The notes under the pieces are model-generated. The model was not told where the DNA came from, did no database searches, and saw only the letters and a list, made by a program, of their open reading frames with translations. A program made the position numbers and the translations under genes. Shown here piece by piece: positions 21,687 to 31,179 of a DNA stretch of 64,000 nucleotides. Within the stretch, counting starts at the first letter, position 1; every line of letters starts with the position of its first letter. This DNA comes from an uncultured Phycisphaerales bacterium (GTDB lineage Bacteria; Planctomycetota; Phycisphaerae; Tepidisphaerales; Tepidisphaeraceae): assembly GCA_963755915.1 (NCBI GenBank), contig CAVWLP010000001.1:1-64000 (forward strand), in the 5' to 3' direction.

Positions 21687-23208
21687 CAATAGTGTCCGGA
21701 ACGCAGGCTCACAAATAACACAATCTTGCGCTTCGCGAAGCAGCGTTTTGTGGTTCACTGCCGCCACGTGCACGCGGACCTTTGCCCAGCTTCTGGATTG
21801 CCCGCCAAGCCGGGACGAAAGCCGCGGCCGGCGGTGCGGGGGGAGGATTTGTTCGGCGGCAAGTACGTCGGTATTTTGCAGGATCATCTGGCCCGCCTGC
21901 GGGCGGCGCATCCCCACCCCAATCGCACGCTTTTTTATGACGATGTGACCCTTGCCTATCTGCTGGCGTTTTTCACGCCGGCGATTCGCAGCCTGCGGAC
22001 GATGGAGGATTTCAGCCAGACCGAGCAGATGCAGGAGCAGCTTTCGGTCGATCGCCTGCCGCGTTCCACGCTTTCCGATGCCAACGCCCTGTTCGATCCG
22101 ACGCTGCTGGAGCCGATCATCGAGGAGTTGCGGGCGCGGCTGCCGCACCTGCGTCACGGCGATCCGAAGCTGGCGGAGTTGACCGAGCGGGTACGGGTGG
22201 TGGATGGGTCGCTGTTCACCGTTGCCGCCGACGTGGCCTGGGCGCTGCATCAAAGTCGACCCAACGGAAAGCCCATGGACACGATTCGCCTGAATCTTCA
22301 ATGGGCGGCGGGCGTGGGGGTTCCCGAGGGAGTGACGATCAGCGGCGCGGGATGCTCCGAGGCGCAGGCGCTGATGCAGTCCCTGGAGCCGGGACAGATT
22401 TACGTCATGGACCGCGGCTACGTCTGTTTCGAGCTGCTGGAGCGGATCGTACATGCCTGCAGCGATTTTGTGCTCCGGCTCAAGTCAAACAACTATTTCA
22501 TTCCCATCGAAAACAATGACTTGACCCCCAAGTCCCTGCCGCTGAGCGATGAAGACCGCGCTGCCGGCATTCTCAGCGACCGGATCGGATACCTGGGCTC
22601 AGAAGGGCCACGCTTTGCTCCTCCGGCGGGAAAATGGCTTCGGGAAGTGACGATCTTCGACCCGGACAAACCCGACAGGCCCCTGCGGCTGCTGACCAAT
22701 CTTCTTAACATTCCCGCCCATGTCATCGGTCTGCTCTACCGCTGGCGATGGAAGATCGAGCTGTTTTTCCGCTGGCTGAAAGTGCACGCCCACTTCCGCC
22801 ATCTCACCAGCCACAGCAAAAACGGCGTCACCACCGGGTTCTACATCGCGGTCATCGGGGTGCTGTTGATCTATCTGCACACGCAGCGTCCGGTGAGCAA
22901 ATATGCCTACGCGATGCTGAGCCTGGTCGCCGCGGGAGGGGCCACGTTGCAAGAGATTATTCCCATCCTGCAGCGCCGAGAACGGGAATGCGAGCTGCAG
23001 CGTCAGCGTGTGGCACGGAAGAAGGCTGAAAAAATCGTCAAGTAAGTCACCGGGGGTTTTTGTTGTCCGGCCGCCGGTGAACGCCGCGGCATGCGCTGCA
23101 GGAGCAGCGCTGAACCTTCCACGCCGTTGCCCATCGAGGCAACGCAGCCTTTCGAGTGAAAACCCGAAAAATCCCAGCTCTAAGACGCGGAAGTCCCGGA
23201 CAATATTG
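21687..23208 (+). mobile_element. IS4 family insertion sequence
   Basis: Terminal IRs CAATAGTGTCCGG / CCGGACAATATTG enclose the transposase. No adjacent target duplication visible. Confidence 0.8.
21726..23045 (+). CDS. IS4 family DDE transposase
   Basis: VVDGS, MDRGY, LLTN, YRWRWKIELFFRWLK (YREK motif). Confidence 0.92.
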   Translation: MRFAKQRFVVHCRHVHADLCPASGLPAKPGRKPRPAVRGEDLFGGKYVGILQDHLARLRAAHPHPNRTLFYDDVTLAYLLAFFTPAIRSLRTMEDFSQTEQMQEQLSVDRLPRSTLSDANALFDPTLLEPIIEELRARLPHLRHGDPKLAELTERVRVVDGSLFTVAADVAWALHQSRPNGKPMDTIRLNLQWAAGVGVPEGVTISGAGCSEAQALMQSLEPGQIYVMDRGYVCFELLERIVHACSDFVLRLKSNNYFIPIENNDLTPKSLPLSDEDRAAGILSDRIGYLGSEGPRFAPPAGKWLREVTIFDPDKPDRPLRLLTNLLNIPAHVIGLLYRWRWKIELFFRWLKVHAHFRHLTSHSKNGVTTGFYIAVIGVLLIYLHTQRPVSKYAYAMLSLVAAGGATLQEIIPILQRRERECELQRQRVARKKAEKIVK

Positions 23209-23340
23209 CGTTTTTTTGAATTATATTAGTGTATGCTAACTATCGTCGTCGGCTTGGCGTTTGGTAAAGCGATAACAAATCTGCCACGAATTCTCCGCGT
23301 CTCCGGCGCATGGCGCAGACGGGCGACCAGAACGTCACCC

Positions 23341-23508
23341 CTAATTCGAAGTCTTGTCGATAATCAGAGTCGTGGTTTCCTGCATCACCACCGTTGTTTC
23401 CTGCTTCGGCTGATTATCGAGGACGTCATTCCAAATGTCTTCATTCCTATCGGCGAAATCTATGTTGCCCGTGTCCACGTTCACCAGGACGACGTACGCA
23501 TCATTCAT
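23341..23508 (-). CDS. Small acidic hypothetical protein (55 aa)
   Basis: Open frame MNDAYVVLVNVDTGNIDFADRNEDIWNDVLDNQPKQETTVVMQETTTLIIDKTSN in a lower-GC patch. No family recognised. Confidence 0.3.
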   Translation of the reverse strand: MNDAYVVLVNVDTGNIDFADRNEDIWNDVLDNQPKQETTVVMQETTTLIIDKTSN

Positions 23509-23684
23509 GTGCTTGATGTTGTGGTATAATCCGCCGCACGCCGAGCAAGGTTAATAGACCCGCGGAAAAGGCGAAGGCTAAGCCCGGCCCAAAGGCTGAA
23601 GTACTAAAGCTGGAAGGCGACTGGAAAGAGAATATCCGTAAGTCGATGCAGACGGCCAAGCCATCGACGAAACCGGCATGAACA

Positions 23685-23816
23685 ATGGCAACCATCGACT
23701 ATGAGCCAGCCCGGCCGCGCCCGCAGAAAAGAGCCAATCGGCGATGGCTTGCCAAGATCGTTCTGGCCGTGTTCGTGATTGCGGTTATCTGGTGTATCGC
23801 GAATGGCGGACTCTGA
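23685..23816 (+). CDS. Small single-pass membrane protein (43 aa)
   Basis: MATIDYEPARPRPQKRANRRWLAKIVLAVFVIAVIWCIANGGL: 'xDYE' plus basic stretch plus TM helix. Confidence 0.45.
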   Translation: MATIDYEPARPRPQKRANRRWLAKIVLAVFVIAVIWCIANGGL

Positions 23817-23921
23817 TAGCTCCCGGCCTACTCAGCAAAAATCCGAGATTGCGTCAGGTATACACTTCCGAAACAATTAAGAACTCACAAGGAGTTAGCA
23901 TCCACAAATAAAACTTCAAAG

Positions 23922-23951
23922 AGTGTTCCGTTTTGTTCCGTTCTGTTCAGT
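23922..23951 (+). repeat. Triple 10-bp repeat, copy 2
   Basis: AGTGTTCCGTTTTGTTCCGTTCTGTTCAGT, matches 9044-9073 in reverse complement. Confidence 0.6.
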
Positions 23952-24767
23952 GACCCATCGGCTGCTCCACCTTCCCCGCCATCATATCCCCCAGCAACTC
24001 ATTCATCGCATCCGCCCAAACCTGATACCCCGCCGCATTCGGATGCAGCGCATCCGGCATGATCTGCGGCGGAAGCGTCCCGTCCGCCTGCAAAAACTTC
24101 TCCCCAATATCCAAAAACCGCGTCTTGTCCCCATCGTCCAGCTTCGCCAGACCCGCGTTCACAAACTTGATCTTCCCCCGCATCTCGGCCGTCAGCGGGT
24201 CCTGCGGATTCCGCCCCCGCGGAAAAATCCCCAGCACCAGTAACCGCGCATTCGGCAGCTTCTCGTGAATCCGCTCAACGATCAGCTCATCCGCCCGCAG
24301 AATATCCTCCTGCGGATACCCAATGTTGTTCGTCCCGATGAGCAGCACCACGACTTTCGGATCGATCCCATCCAGCTCCCCGTTGGCGATTCGCCACAGC
24401 ACGTGCTGCGTCTGATCCCCCCCAATCCCGAAATTCGCCGCGTTCAGCGGCGCATAATATTTCAACCACACCGACTTGCCCGGCCCACTCCACAGCTCAG
24501 TAATCGAGTCCCCCAGAAACAATACCCCGATCGGCCCCTCCGACCGCCGAGCGAGAAACGAATTATGCATTTGCTCGAAGTGCGGATTCATCCGCCCATC
24601 AGGCATGAGCTTGGGCGCGGGAACATCCGCAGGTTGCGCGCCGGCGGCTGGTCAACCGACGGCGCCGTCGTCGTCGTCTGCGCACCCAAGCGTCCGCAAA
24701 AGCCAATAGAGAACCCAACCGCCAGAATAACGCCAAAAATCGCGCGAGATTTCATCATACCCGCCAT
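23947..24767 (-). CDS. Secreted SGNH/GDSL esterase (PAF-acetylhydrolase IB-like; frameshift near 24630)
   Basis: FLGDSIT, NFGIGGD, IGTNN, DALHP blocks. Signal peptide lies in the upstream frame (MAGMMKSRAIFGVILAV...). Confidence 0.85.
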
Positions 24768-24817
24768 TCTCCGATCTCCCGTTTCCAGTTTCCAGTCTCC
24801 GGTTAACATATCCTTCG

Positions 24818-26365
24818 ATGACCGTCATCAGCGAACCTCACGCGACCGCAGGAACCAAACCGCGCACCTCGCAAGGCCACAGCACAACCGACCTGCTCCT
24901 CTGGCTCGCCCTAGCCGCCGGCGCCGTTCTGCGCATCGCCCGCTGGTGGCACTGGCGCACTCTTTGGCTCGATGAAATCTACCTCGCCCGCAGCATCACC
25001 CATCGCTCCCTGACCGGCCTGCTCCTTCACCCCCTCGACGATTGGCAAGCCGCCCCGGCGGGTTTCCTCGCGATGGTCTACGCCATCAGCAAAACCATCG
25101 GCGACGCCGAGCGATGGATCCGCCTCCCCTCGATCCTCTTCGCCCTGGCGTCTCTCCCCATGATGCTCGCCGTCTCGCGCCGGGTCCTGGGCAAGAGCGG
25201 CGCCGTCATCGCGATGACCGCCTTCACCGTGCTCGGTCCACTCATCTATTACAGCAACGAGCTGAAGCCCTATTCCTGCGACGTGGCCGCATCACTGGCC
25301 ATCACGCTCCTCGCCCTGCGCTGGGCCGAAAATCCCAGCACCCGGCGTACGGCCGCCGCCGCAATCATCGGCGCTCTGGCAATCTTCTTCTCCTTCCCCG
25401 CGATCTTCGTCCTCGCCGGCGCCGGCGTCTGGATGTTCTGGAAGCACCGCGAGCGCGACGCCATCGCGCGAGCCGCGATCATCTTTATCGCCTGGGCCGT
25501 GGCTCTCGCCGCCGATTATTTCATCTTTATCCGCCCCCAGGCGTCCGGCGACGCTTACCCCCATCTCGTGCAATATTGGACTGCCCAAAACGCTTTCATG
25601 CCCTCCGACCCCATGGGCGCCTTTCGCTGGCTCTTCCCCGCGCTCAGCGCCATCGCCGCCAGTCCCGGCGCGATGTGGCTCGCGTTTCCGGATGTCGCCC
25701 TGATCGGCCTGATCGTCGGCAGCGCCATCGCATTCGCCCGCCGCAGCGACCTGCTCCTGATTCTTGCGCCCCTCCCGATAGCTTTGGCCGCATCGGCCCT
25801 GCATCAATACCCCTTCGCCGACCGACTGGCCCTTTTCTTCGTCCCGCAATATCTCATCCTGATCGCCGCCGCCGTTGAATCTCTCTGGACCCGGCTCCCC
25901 GCCAAAGTCGCGGCCATCGCCATCGCCGGGCTGATTATTCTTCCCTCCGCCGACCGCGCCTGGAATCTGCTGCTTCATCCTCCCGGCCGCGAAGAATCCC
26001 TGCCCATCTATCAATGGGTCGCCCAGCGATACCGAGCCGGCGACCAGATTTATCTCTCCCATTTCGCCGAGCCATCCTTTGACTATTACGGCCCCCAATC
26101 CGGCTGGCCCCCCGACCTTCAATCCGCCGGCGTCCTGCACATACAGCCCAACCTGACCGAACCCCGCCAGGTTCTCGACGACGCGAAAACAATGACCGGC
26201 CACCGCCGCGTGTGGGTCATCCTCATCCACGACTTCATTGGCAATATGGACTTCCACACGCCAACAATCACGGCGTTCAACTCCATCGGTCACCCGCTGC
26301 TTCAGCACAGCGAAAGCGGCGCATGGGCGGGCCTTTATGATTGCAACAAAGGAAGCGGAAACTGA
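24818..26365 (+). CDS. GT-C family membrane glycosyltransferase (PMT/GT39/ArnT-like)
   Basis: LWLDE after the first TM, RLPS, YYSNELKPY, many TM helices, periplasmic C-terminal domain. Confidence 0.8.
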   Translation: MTVISEPHATAGTKPRTSQGHSTTDLLLWLALAAGAVLRIARWWHWRTLWLDEIYLARSITHRSLTGLLLHPLDDWQAAPAGFLAMVYAISKTIGDAERWIRLPSILFALASLPMMLAVSRRVLGKSGAVIAMTAFTVLGPLIYYSNELKPYSCDVAASLAITLLALRWAENPSTRRTAAAAIIGALAIFFSFPAIFVLAGAGVWMFWKHRERDAIARAAIIFIAWAVALAADYFIFIRPQASGDAYPHLVQYWTAQNAFMPSDPMGAFRWLFPALSAIAASPGAMWLAFPDVALIGLIVGSAIAFARRSDLLLILAPLPIALAASALHQYPFADRLALFFVPQYLILIAAAVESLWTRLPAKVAAIAIAGLIILPSADRAWNLLLHPPGREESLPIYQWVAQRYRAGDQIYLSHFAEPSFDYYGPQSGWPPDLQSAGVLHIQPNLTEPRQVLDDAKTMTGHRRVWVILIHDFIGNMDFHTPTITAFNSIGHPLLQHSESGAWAGLYDCNKGSGN

Positions 26366-26526
26366 CCCCCGCGCCGGAAACGAAATCATTCACGCTCGGG
26401 TTTCGCCTCTGAAACATAAGTGCATGTCATTAGCGACAGATTCTTTTGCCGGCACGCGCCGATGATCGGTACACTTCCGCAGGATTATGACAGGGGGTGT
26501 CCGGCCACTCACACCTGGAGACGCCG

Positions 26527-26886
26527 ATGAAAAAAGCGGAACTGAAAAACTTTTCAAGAGCCGACGAAGTTCGCGAATTTCCCAAGGGGAGACTGGAGTT
26601 GCTCAAAGTCGCCGGCGCTACCGTCGGACGGGCCGTCTTCGAGCCGGGCTGGCGCTGGGCAACATCCGTCCAGCCGATCGCAAAAACCAAGAGCTGCGAA
26701 GCGCCGCACTTCCAATATCACGTCTCGGGAATTCTGCGCGTTCGCATGGACGATGGAACCGAATTCGACTGCAAGCCCGGCGACGTCTCCATGCTCCCGT
26801 CCGGCCACGACGCCTGGGTCGTCGGAAACGAACCGGCCGTGATCGTGGATTTCCAGGGAATGATCGACTACGCCAAGTCGCTTTAA
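26527..26886 (+). CDS. Cupin domain protein
   Basis: GGAG RBS. Cupin motifs EPGWRW, CEAPH, PSGHDAWVVG. Confidence 0.85.
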   Translation: MKKAELKNFSRADEVREFPKGRLELLKVAGATVGRAVFEPGWRWATSVQPIAKTKSCEAPHFQYHVSGILRVRMDDGTEFDCKPGDVSMLPSGHDAWVVGNEPAVIVDFQGMIDYAKSL

Positions 26887-26973
26887 CTCTGATACTTGGA
26901 GGCGACGGCCCGAAAGGCTTATCGCATGCCCTCTCGCACGGCTTGATCGTCATACCGGCCGCGTGGGGGTAGA

Positions 26974-27555
26974 GTGGTTGGCTTGATCTTCCTGCCTCTC
27001 GCAATCCTGGCCGCAATCCTCGGAATCCTCTGGCAACGCATCATCCGCCGCCGACGGATTCTCGCCGTCGTCGCGATCCTCGCGGCCGCATGCTTCACCC
27101 TGTCGGCCGGCCCCTTCCCCTTCGCCGGCATCAACTCGCCCGGGCTATTAAACCTCGCGGCCGTCATCTCCCTCGCCGCGGTCATCGGCCTGGTCCTCGA
27201 TCTCGCCAGCGATCCCTCCCCCGCCAAACCGCGCGAACTCCTCACCCTCATCGGCCTGGCGATTCTCGTGATGTCCATCATCACCCCCTGGGTCGTGCGC
27301 GGCCGATATCTTTCCGATCTCGACTGGACGTGCGACGGCAAAATCGCCGAGATCTACCACTCCCCGGACCACGGCGTCCCCTCCGTCGCCGTCGTTAACG
27401 CCGACGGCTCCGAAACGCGCATGGAAAACGTCACCAACCTCCTCTTCAATCACGCCAGGATCGGCGATCAACTCCAAAAATCCCCCGGCCAGGGCAAAGG
27501 ATTGCTCAACGGCCAGCCCATCCAGATCGTCCAGCCCCCCTGGTGGACCCAATAG
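26974..27555 (+). CDS. Hypothetical membrane protein (4 TM plus soluble C-terminus)
   Basis: Hydrophobic segments and C-ending codon bias. Confidence 0.6.
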   Translation: MVGLIFLPLAILAAILGILWQRIIRRRRILAVVAILAAACFTLSAGPFPFAGINSPGLLNLAAVISLAAVIGLVLDLASDPSPAKPRELLTLIGLAILVMSIITPWVVRGRYLSDLDWTCDGKIAEIYHSPDHGVPSVAVVNADGSETRMENVTNLLFNHARIGDQLQKSPGQGKGLLNGQPIQIVQPPWWTQ

Positions 27556-27828
27556 AACTCAAACTGCAGAACCCACATTTTTCAGTTGAATTTCGCAAAA
27601 CCCCCGCGCATAATCCCCCGCCGCTCGTGCGACATACAAACATCGCCGGGCCGAAAGAGGTGTCATTTGCAGAGTTACGTTTACTTCCGTTCCCTCCCGC
27701 CCATCGGCTGACGCCAGGCTTTGTCCGTTTGCCTGGGCATCTTCAGGCGGACGGGTTTCTCTAGTTGTGAAGTTTATTAAACGGACCACCGGTCGCATTT
27801 GCGGCCACCTTGTGCCATGGGATTTTTT

Positions 27829-28100
27829 ATGGGCGAGAAGTCCGAAAATAATAACGGCGAACTGCCGCCGAGGATCAAAGCCGCGTTCGATTATCTGGAA
27901 CACGCGCGCGACGTTACGACCCAGTGGCACGCCGCCATTCCCGCGCGATCTTTCCAAGCTCGAAAAAAGCGTCGAGACGGCGGCGCTGCGCATTGCAGCA
28001 ATACATCCTCGGTGAAATGGATTATGTGGAACCCTCTTCTTCCTCAAAGCGCGACGGCGAAGAGGGCACATCCTCCGCCCCGACCGTTTCCCCGACATAA
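27829..28100 (+). CDS. Small hypothetical protein (frameshifted)
   Basis: Pieces MGEKSENNNGELPPRIKAAFDYLEH.. / RDLSKLEKSVETAALR / LQQYILGEMDYVEP join into a plausible helical protein. Confidence 0.4.
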
Positions 28101-28115
28101 GAGCTGATAATCCAG

Positions 28116-29936
28116 CTAAAGTCCGCTCGTGTCCCCCTTGTCGTTGACGACGCACTGCGCACTGTCGATGTCCAGCCACAGTTTCCCCGTCCCGTTCATT
28201 ACCACGCCCCAGTCGATCTCCGTCGCCTGCGGTGGCACATCTACCTCAGCTCTGTACTGCTTCCAGTCGGTCGTGCCCTTCAGAGGCCGGTGGCCGATCT
28301 GCCCCTCATCGGCGAGTGGCGCTGATTCCGTGCCCCACACCTTGATCCACGGCCCGGTCCCGCTGGTCACGCCGCGCGATTTCAACCAAAGCGTGACCAC
28401 AATGTGATGCCCGCGAAATCCCTCGACATTCAGGTCCGTGCAGTTGTAACTGACCCATTGCGAACGCCGCGCCAGCGAGTTGGAAGAAATGCACACCGTC
28501 GCGTTCCCATCATGCGTCACCGCCGGGTCCGCAACTGCCGTGTAGTTGGCGTCGAAAAAGCTCCAGAGGTGCCACTGCCCCTGGTCCGTCAGCGGCGTCT
28601 GCGGATCGACGATTTCAAGCTGCATATCGTCCGACCAGACTTCACCCCTGCCGTATAGAAACGTCCCAACGGCAATCCGCGTCATGTCGCTCGGCACTTC
28701 GACCACAGCCTGCAAGAGCGTCCAGTCGTTCGTGCCGTGAACCGGCCGGTCCGACATATCGTCATTCAGGATCAATTTATTGTCTTGTCCAATCAGGATG
28801 ACCCGCAACCCGCACCATTGGCTCACGCTTTTCGTCTTCACCCACACCGAAACACGAACCCGCTTCCCGCGCAAATCGCTGTAGGGTCCACCGAAAATCC
28901 GCAACCCGGCATTCTGATTGTTCGGCGGATAACTCGTCCGAAGCGATTTGATGTACCCCGCCGGCCATGAACCGGGTGTCCGTTTCGTGTTGGCGTCGAG
29001 GCCAATATAAAAGTCTCCCGGATTGGTCCTCACAAGAAATAATCCATTGGGAACCTTGTAAACCCCCGACCCCGCCGTCGGCTGCGTCGAGGGCGCAGCC
29101 GCACCCGCCAGTGCAGCCGCCGTAACCGGCTGCGATGTCTGCGCCATCGCCGGCGTCGCCATCCATCCACGCAGCACAACTACGCTCGATGGAATCGTCA
29201 GAACCAGCACGGTCGCCGCAATGGCCGCTGCTTTGAACGCGGCCAGGCTCATCGACATTTGAATCTGCTTCGCAACCGGCGCCAGATGACTCCCAGACGC
29301 CGATGCCGAAATTTGCAGCGACGCCGGCGCCGCGCTGACCGCATGTTTCGCCAGCAGCCCCTCGATCGCGCTCGCCGAAAACGCCGCGTCCGAGCTTACG
29401 TTTCTCACCAGAATCCCCCGGAGCCGATCCAGCGCCCGGCTCAACCGCTTCTGCGAGGCTTCCAGCGAAATTCCCAGCAGCGCCGCGATCTCGGCATGCG
29501 TCTTCTGCTCGTAAAACCGCAGCAGCACCGCCGCCCTCTCGCGCGGCCCGAGCCGATCCAGCGCCGACTCCAAATCCCCCTCAATCGCCCACCACTGCGA
29601 ATCGGCCGAAGAGTCTGCGTGAATGGGTTTCATCTTCGCCGCCTCCGATTCATGGCACTCGCGCCGGCGGCGCGCCCGCAGCATGTTCAAGGCACAATAC
29701 TTTGCCGCCTGATGAAGCCAGGGGCTGAGAGTGTTGAGCTTCATGAGCCGCGGCGCTCGCTGCGCCAGCGCCAGGAACACCGCCTGTGTCGCGTCTTCCG
29801 CCAGCGCACGATCACCCAGCCGCCGCAGGCAAACGCTGTGAAGCCAGCGCGAATGCCTTTCGACGATCTGGCGAAACGCCGCATCAGATCGTTCGGCGAC
29901 AAACTGCCCGATAAGTTGACGGTCGTGGAGCATCAT
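28116..29936 (-). CDS. ECF sigma-70 factor with TM helix and C-terminal tandem carbohydrate-binding-like domains
   Basis: Sigma2 (DAAF..IVERH, AEDATQAVF, WL), sigma4 (LLRFYE..EIAALLG..KRLSRAL), TM segment, and two RGKRVRVSVWVK/GTxDW jelly-roll repeats. Confidence 0.85.
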   Translation of the reverse strand: MMLHDRQLIGQFVAERSDAAFRQIVERHSRWLHSVCLRRLGDRALAEDATQAVFLALAQRAPRLMKLNTLSPWLHQAAKYCALNMLRARRRRECHESEAAKMKPIHADSSADSQWWAIEGDLESALDRLGPRERAAVLLRFYEQKTHAEIAALLGISLEASQKRLSRALDRLRGILVRNVSSDAAFSASAIEGLLAKHAVSAAPASLQISASASGSHLAPVAKQIQMSMSLAAFKAAAIAATVLVLTIPSSVVVLRGWMATPAMAQTSQPVTAAALAGAAAPSTQPTAGSGVYKVPNGLFLVRTNPGDFYIGLDANTKRTPGSWPAGYIKSLRTSYPPNNQNAGLRIFGGPYSDLRGKRVRVSVWVKTKSVSQWCGLRVILIGQDNKLILNDDMSDRPVHGTNDWTLLQAVVEVPSDMTRIAVGTFLYGRGEVWSDDMQLEIVDPQTPLTDQGQWHLWSFFDANYTAVADPAVTHDGNATVCISSNSLARRSQWVSYNCTDLNVEGFRGHHIVVTLWLKSRGVTSGTGPWIKVWGTESAPLADEGQIGHRPLKGTTDWKQYRAEVDVPPQATEIDWGVVMNGTGKLWLDIDSAQCVVNDKGDTSGL

Positions 29937-30018
29937 GCGAGTCTGCTGATATACACCCGCTCTCCCCTTCAATCTGACGCCGCCAAGTCGAGATATTTCA
30001 GCGCGATCTATAAATCTA

Positions 30019-31143
30019 TTATTTGCCGGGCGTTGCAACCGGATACCCCTGCCACAAATACTCCAGCGCCTCCGCCAGCGTCTGCCCCTTCACCGCCCGG
30101 TCCGTATGCCCCGCATTCCGCGCAAAGATGAATTGGTAATGATACCCCTTGGCGGCGAGAACCTTCGCCATGTTTTCGTTCGCCACAACCCAGTCATGCA
30201 TGCCGTCCCGCATCGCATTGGGGTTAAAATTGTCCCGATCCCCCACTTCCATCCAGATCCGAATCGGCTTCGCCGGACTCTCCGCAATTAGATGCTCATG
30301 AAACTCCCAAGCCCCATGCGGCAAGTTCGGATCGCTCGGCCACTGCTGATTCACAAACGTCCCCGAATAGCTCAACACCCGGTGATACCACTCTGGATGA
30401 AACCAGGCCATGATCATCGCCGCCGCCCCGCCCGAGCTTCCCCCCATCGTCGCCCGCCCGTCCGGATCGTTCGTCAGCTTCACCCCGCAATTCGCTTCCA
30501 CCACCGGCAACACTTCCGTCTCCACAAACTCCGCATATTTTCCCGACATCGTGTCATATTCCAACCCGCGCTCGCTCCCCTGCGCATCCCCGCCCCCATT
30601 CCCGATCGAAATCGCCACCATCGCCGGAACCTTCCCCTCGGCAATCAGATTATCCAGCGCCGTAAACAACGCTCGATCCGGCCCATCCGCCCCGACGATA
30701 AACGGCGCTGCCGTCCCCGCCACATATTGCGCCGGAACGTACACGGAAACCTTCCGCGTATAGGGCGCCGGATGGCTGGTCGTCACAATCATCTTCGCCG
30801 GATCGGCTGGATCCGGCGCCCCAGACGTATGCGGCTCCCGTGCAATCCCCGGATAAATCCGGCTATCCGCAGAGTTCATCGTAAAATTAAAAATCTTCCC
30901 CCGCCGCACCCCATCCTGCACCGTCATCTCCCCCGCCCGCGGATGCGCCGGCCCGATGATAAAATTCCCATCCGCATCCGCCGCCGGCAACTGCCCATCC
31001 GGCAACTCCGTGGCCGTCACATATCCCGGCGTATGCGGATCCCGCGTCGGCGGCGCAGGGCGCGTCGCCTGCGCGCTGCACACGGCGCCATCCACGCCAG
31101 CCGTCAAAACCACCAGCAATCCAATTCTACAAAACCCTCTCAT
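30019..31143 (-). CDS. Secreted alpha/beta hydrolase (enterochelin esterase-like)
   Basis: Signal peptide, VYVPAQY, ERGLEYD, GGSSGG nucleophile elbow, C-terminal GH. Confidence 0.85.
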   Translation of the reverse strand: MRGFCRIGLLVVLTAGVDGAVCSAQATRPAPPTRDPHTPGYVTATELPDGQLPAADADGNFIIGPAHPRAGEMTVQDGVRRGKIFNFTMNSADSRIYPGIAREPHTSGAPDPADPAKMIVTTSHPAPYTRKVSVYVPAQYVAGTAAPFIVGADGPDRALFTALDNLIAEGKVPAMVAISIGNGGGDAQGSERGLEYDTMSGKYAEFVETEVLPVVEANCGVKLTNDPDGRATMGGSSGGAAAMIMAWFHPEWYHRVLSYSGTFVNQQWPSDPNLPHGAWEFHEHLIAESPAKPIRIWMEVGDRDNFNPNAMRDGMHDWVVANENMAKVLAAKGYHYQFIFARNAGHTDRAVKGQTLAEALEYLWQGYPVATPGK

Positions 31144-31179
31144 GCCAACGGCCGATTCTATTTCGCGATCGCCAGGCGT

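Noticed and set aside
27600-27770. GC-rich stems upstream of the small 27829 ORF as a riboswitch
   Set aside because: No recognisable aptamer consensus, and the pairing is unremarkable at this GC content.
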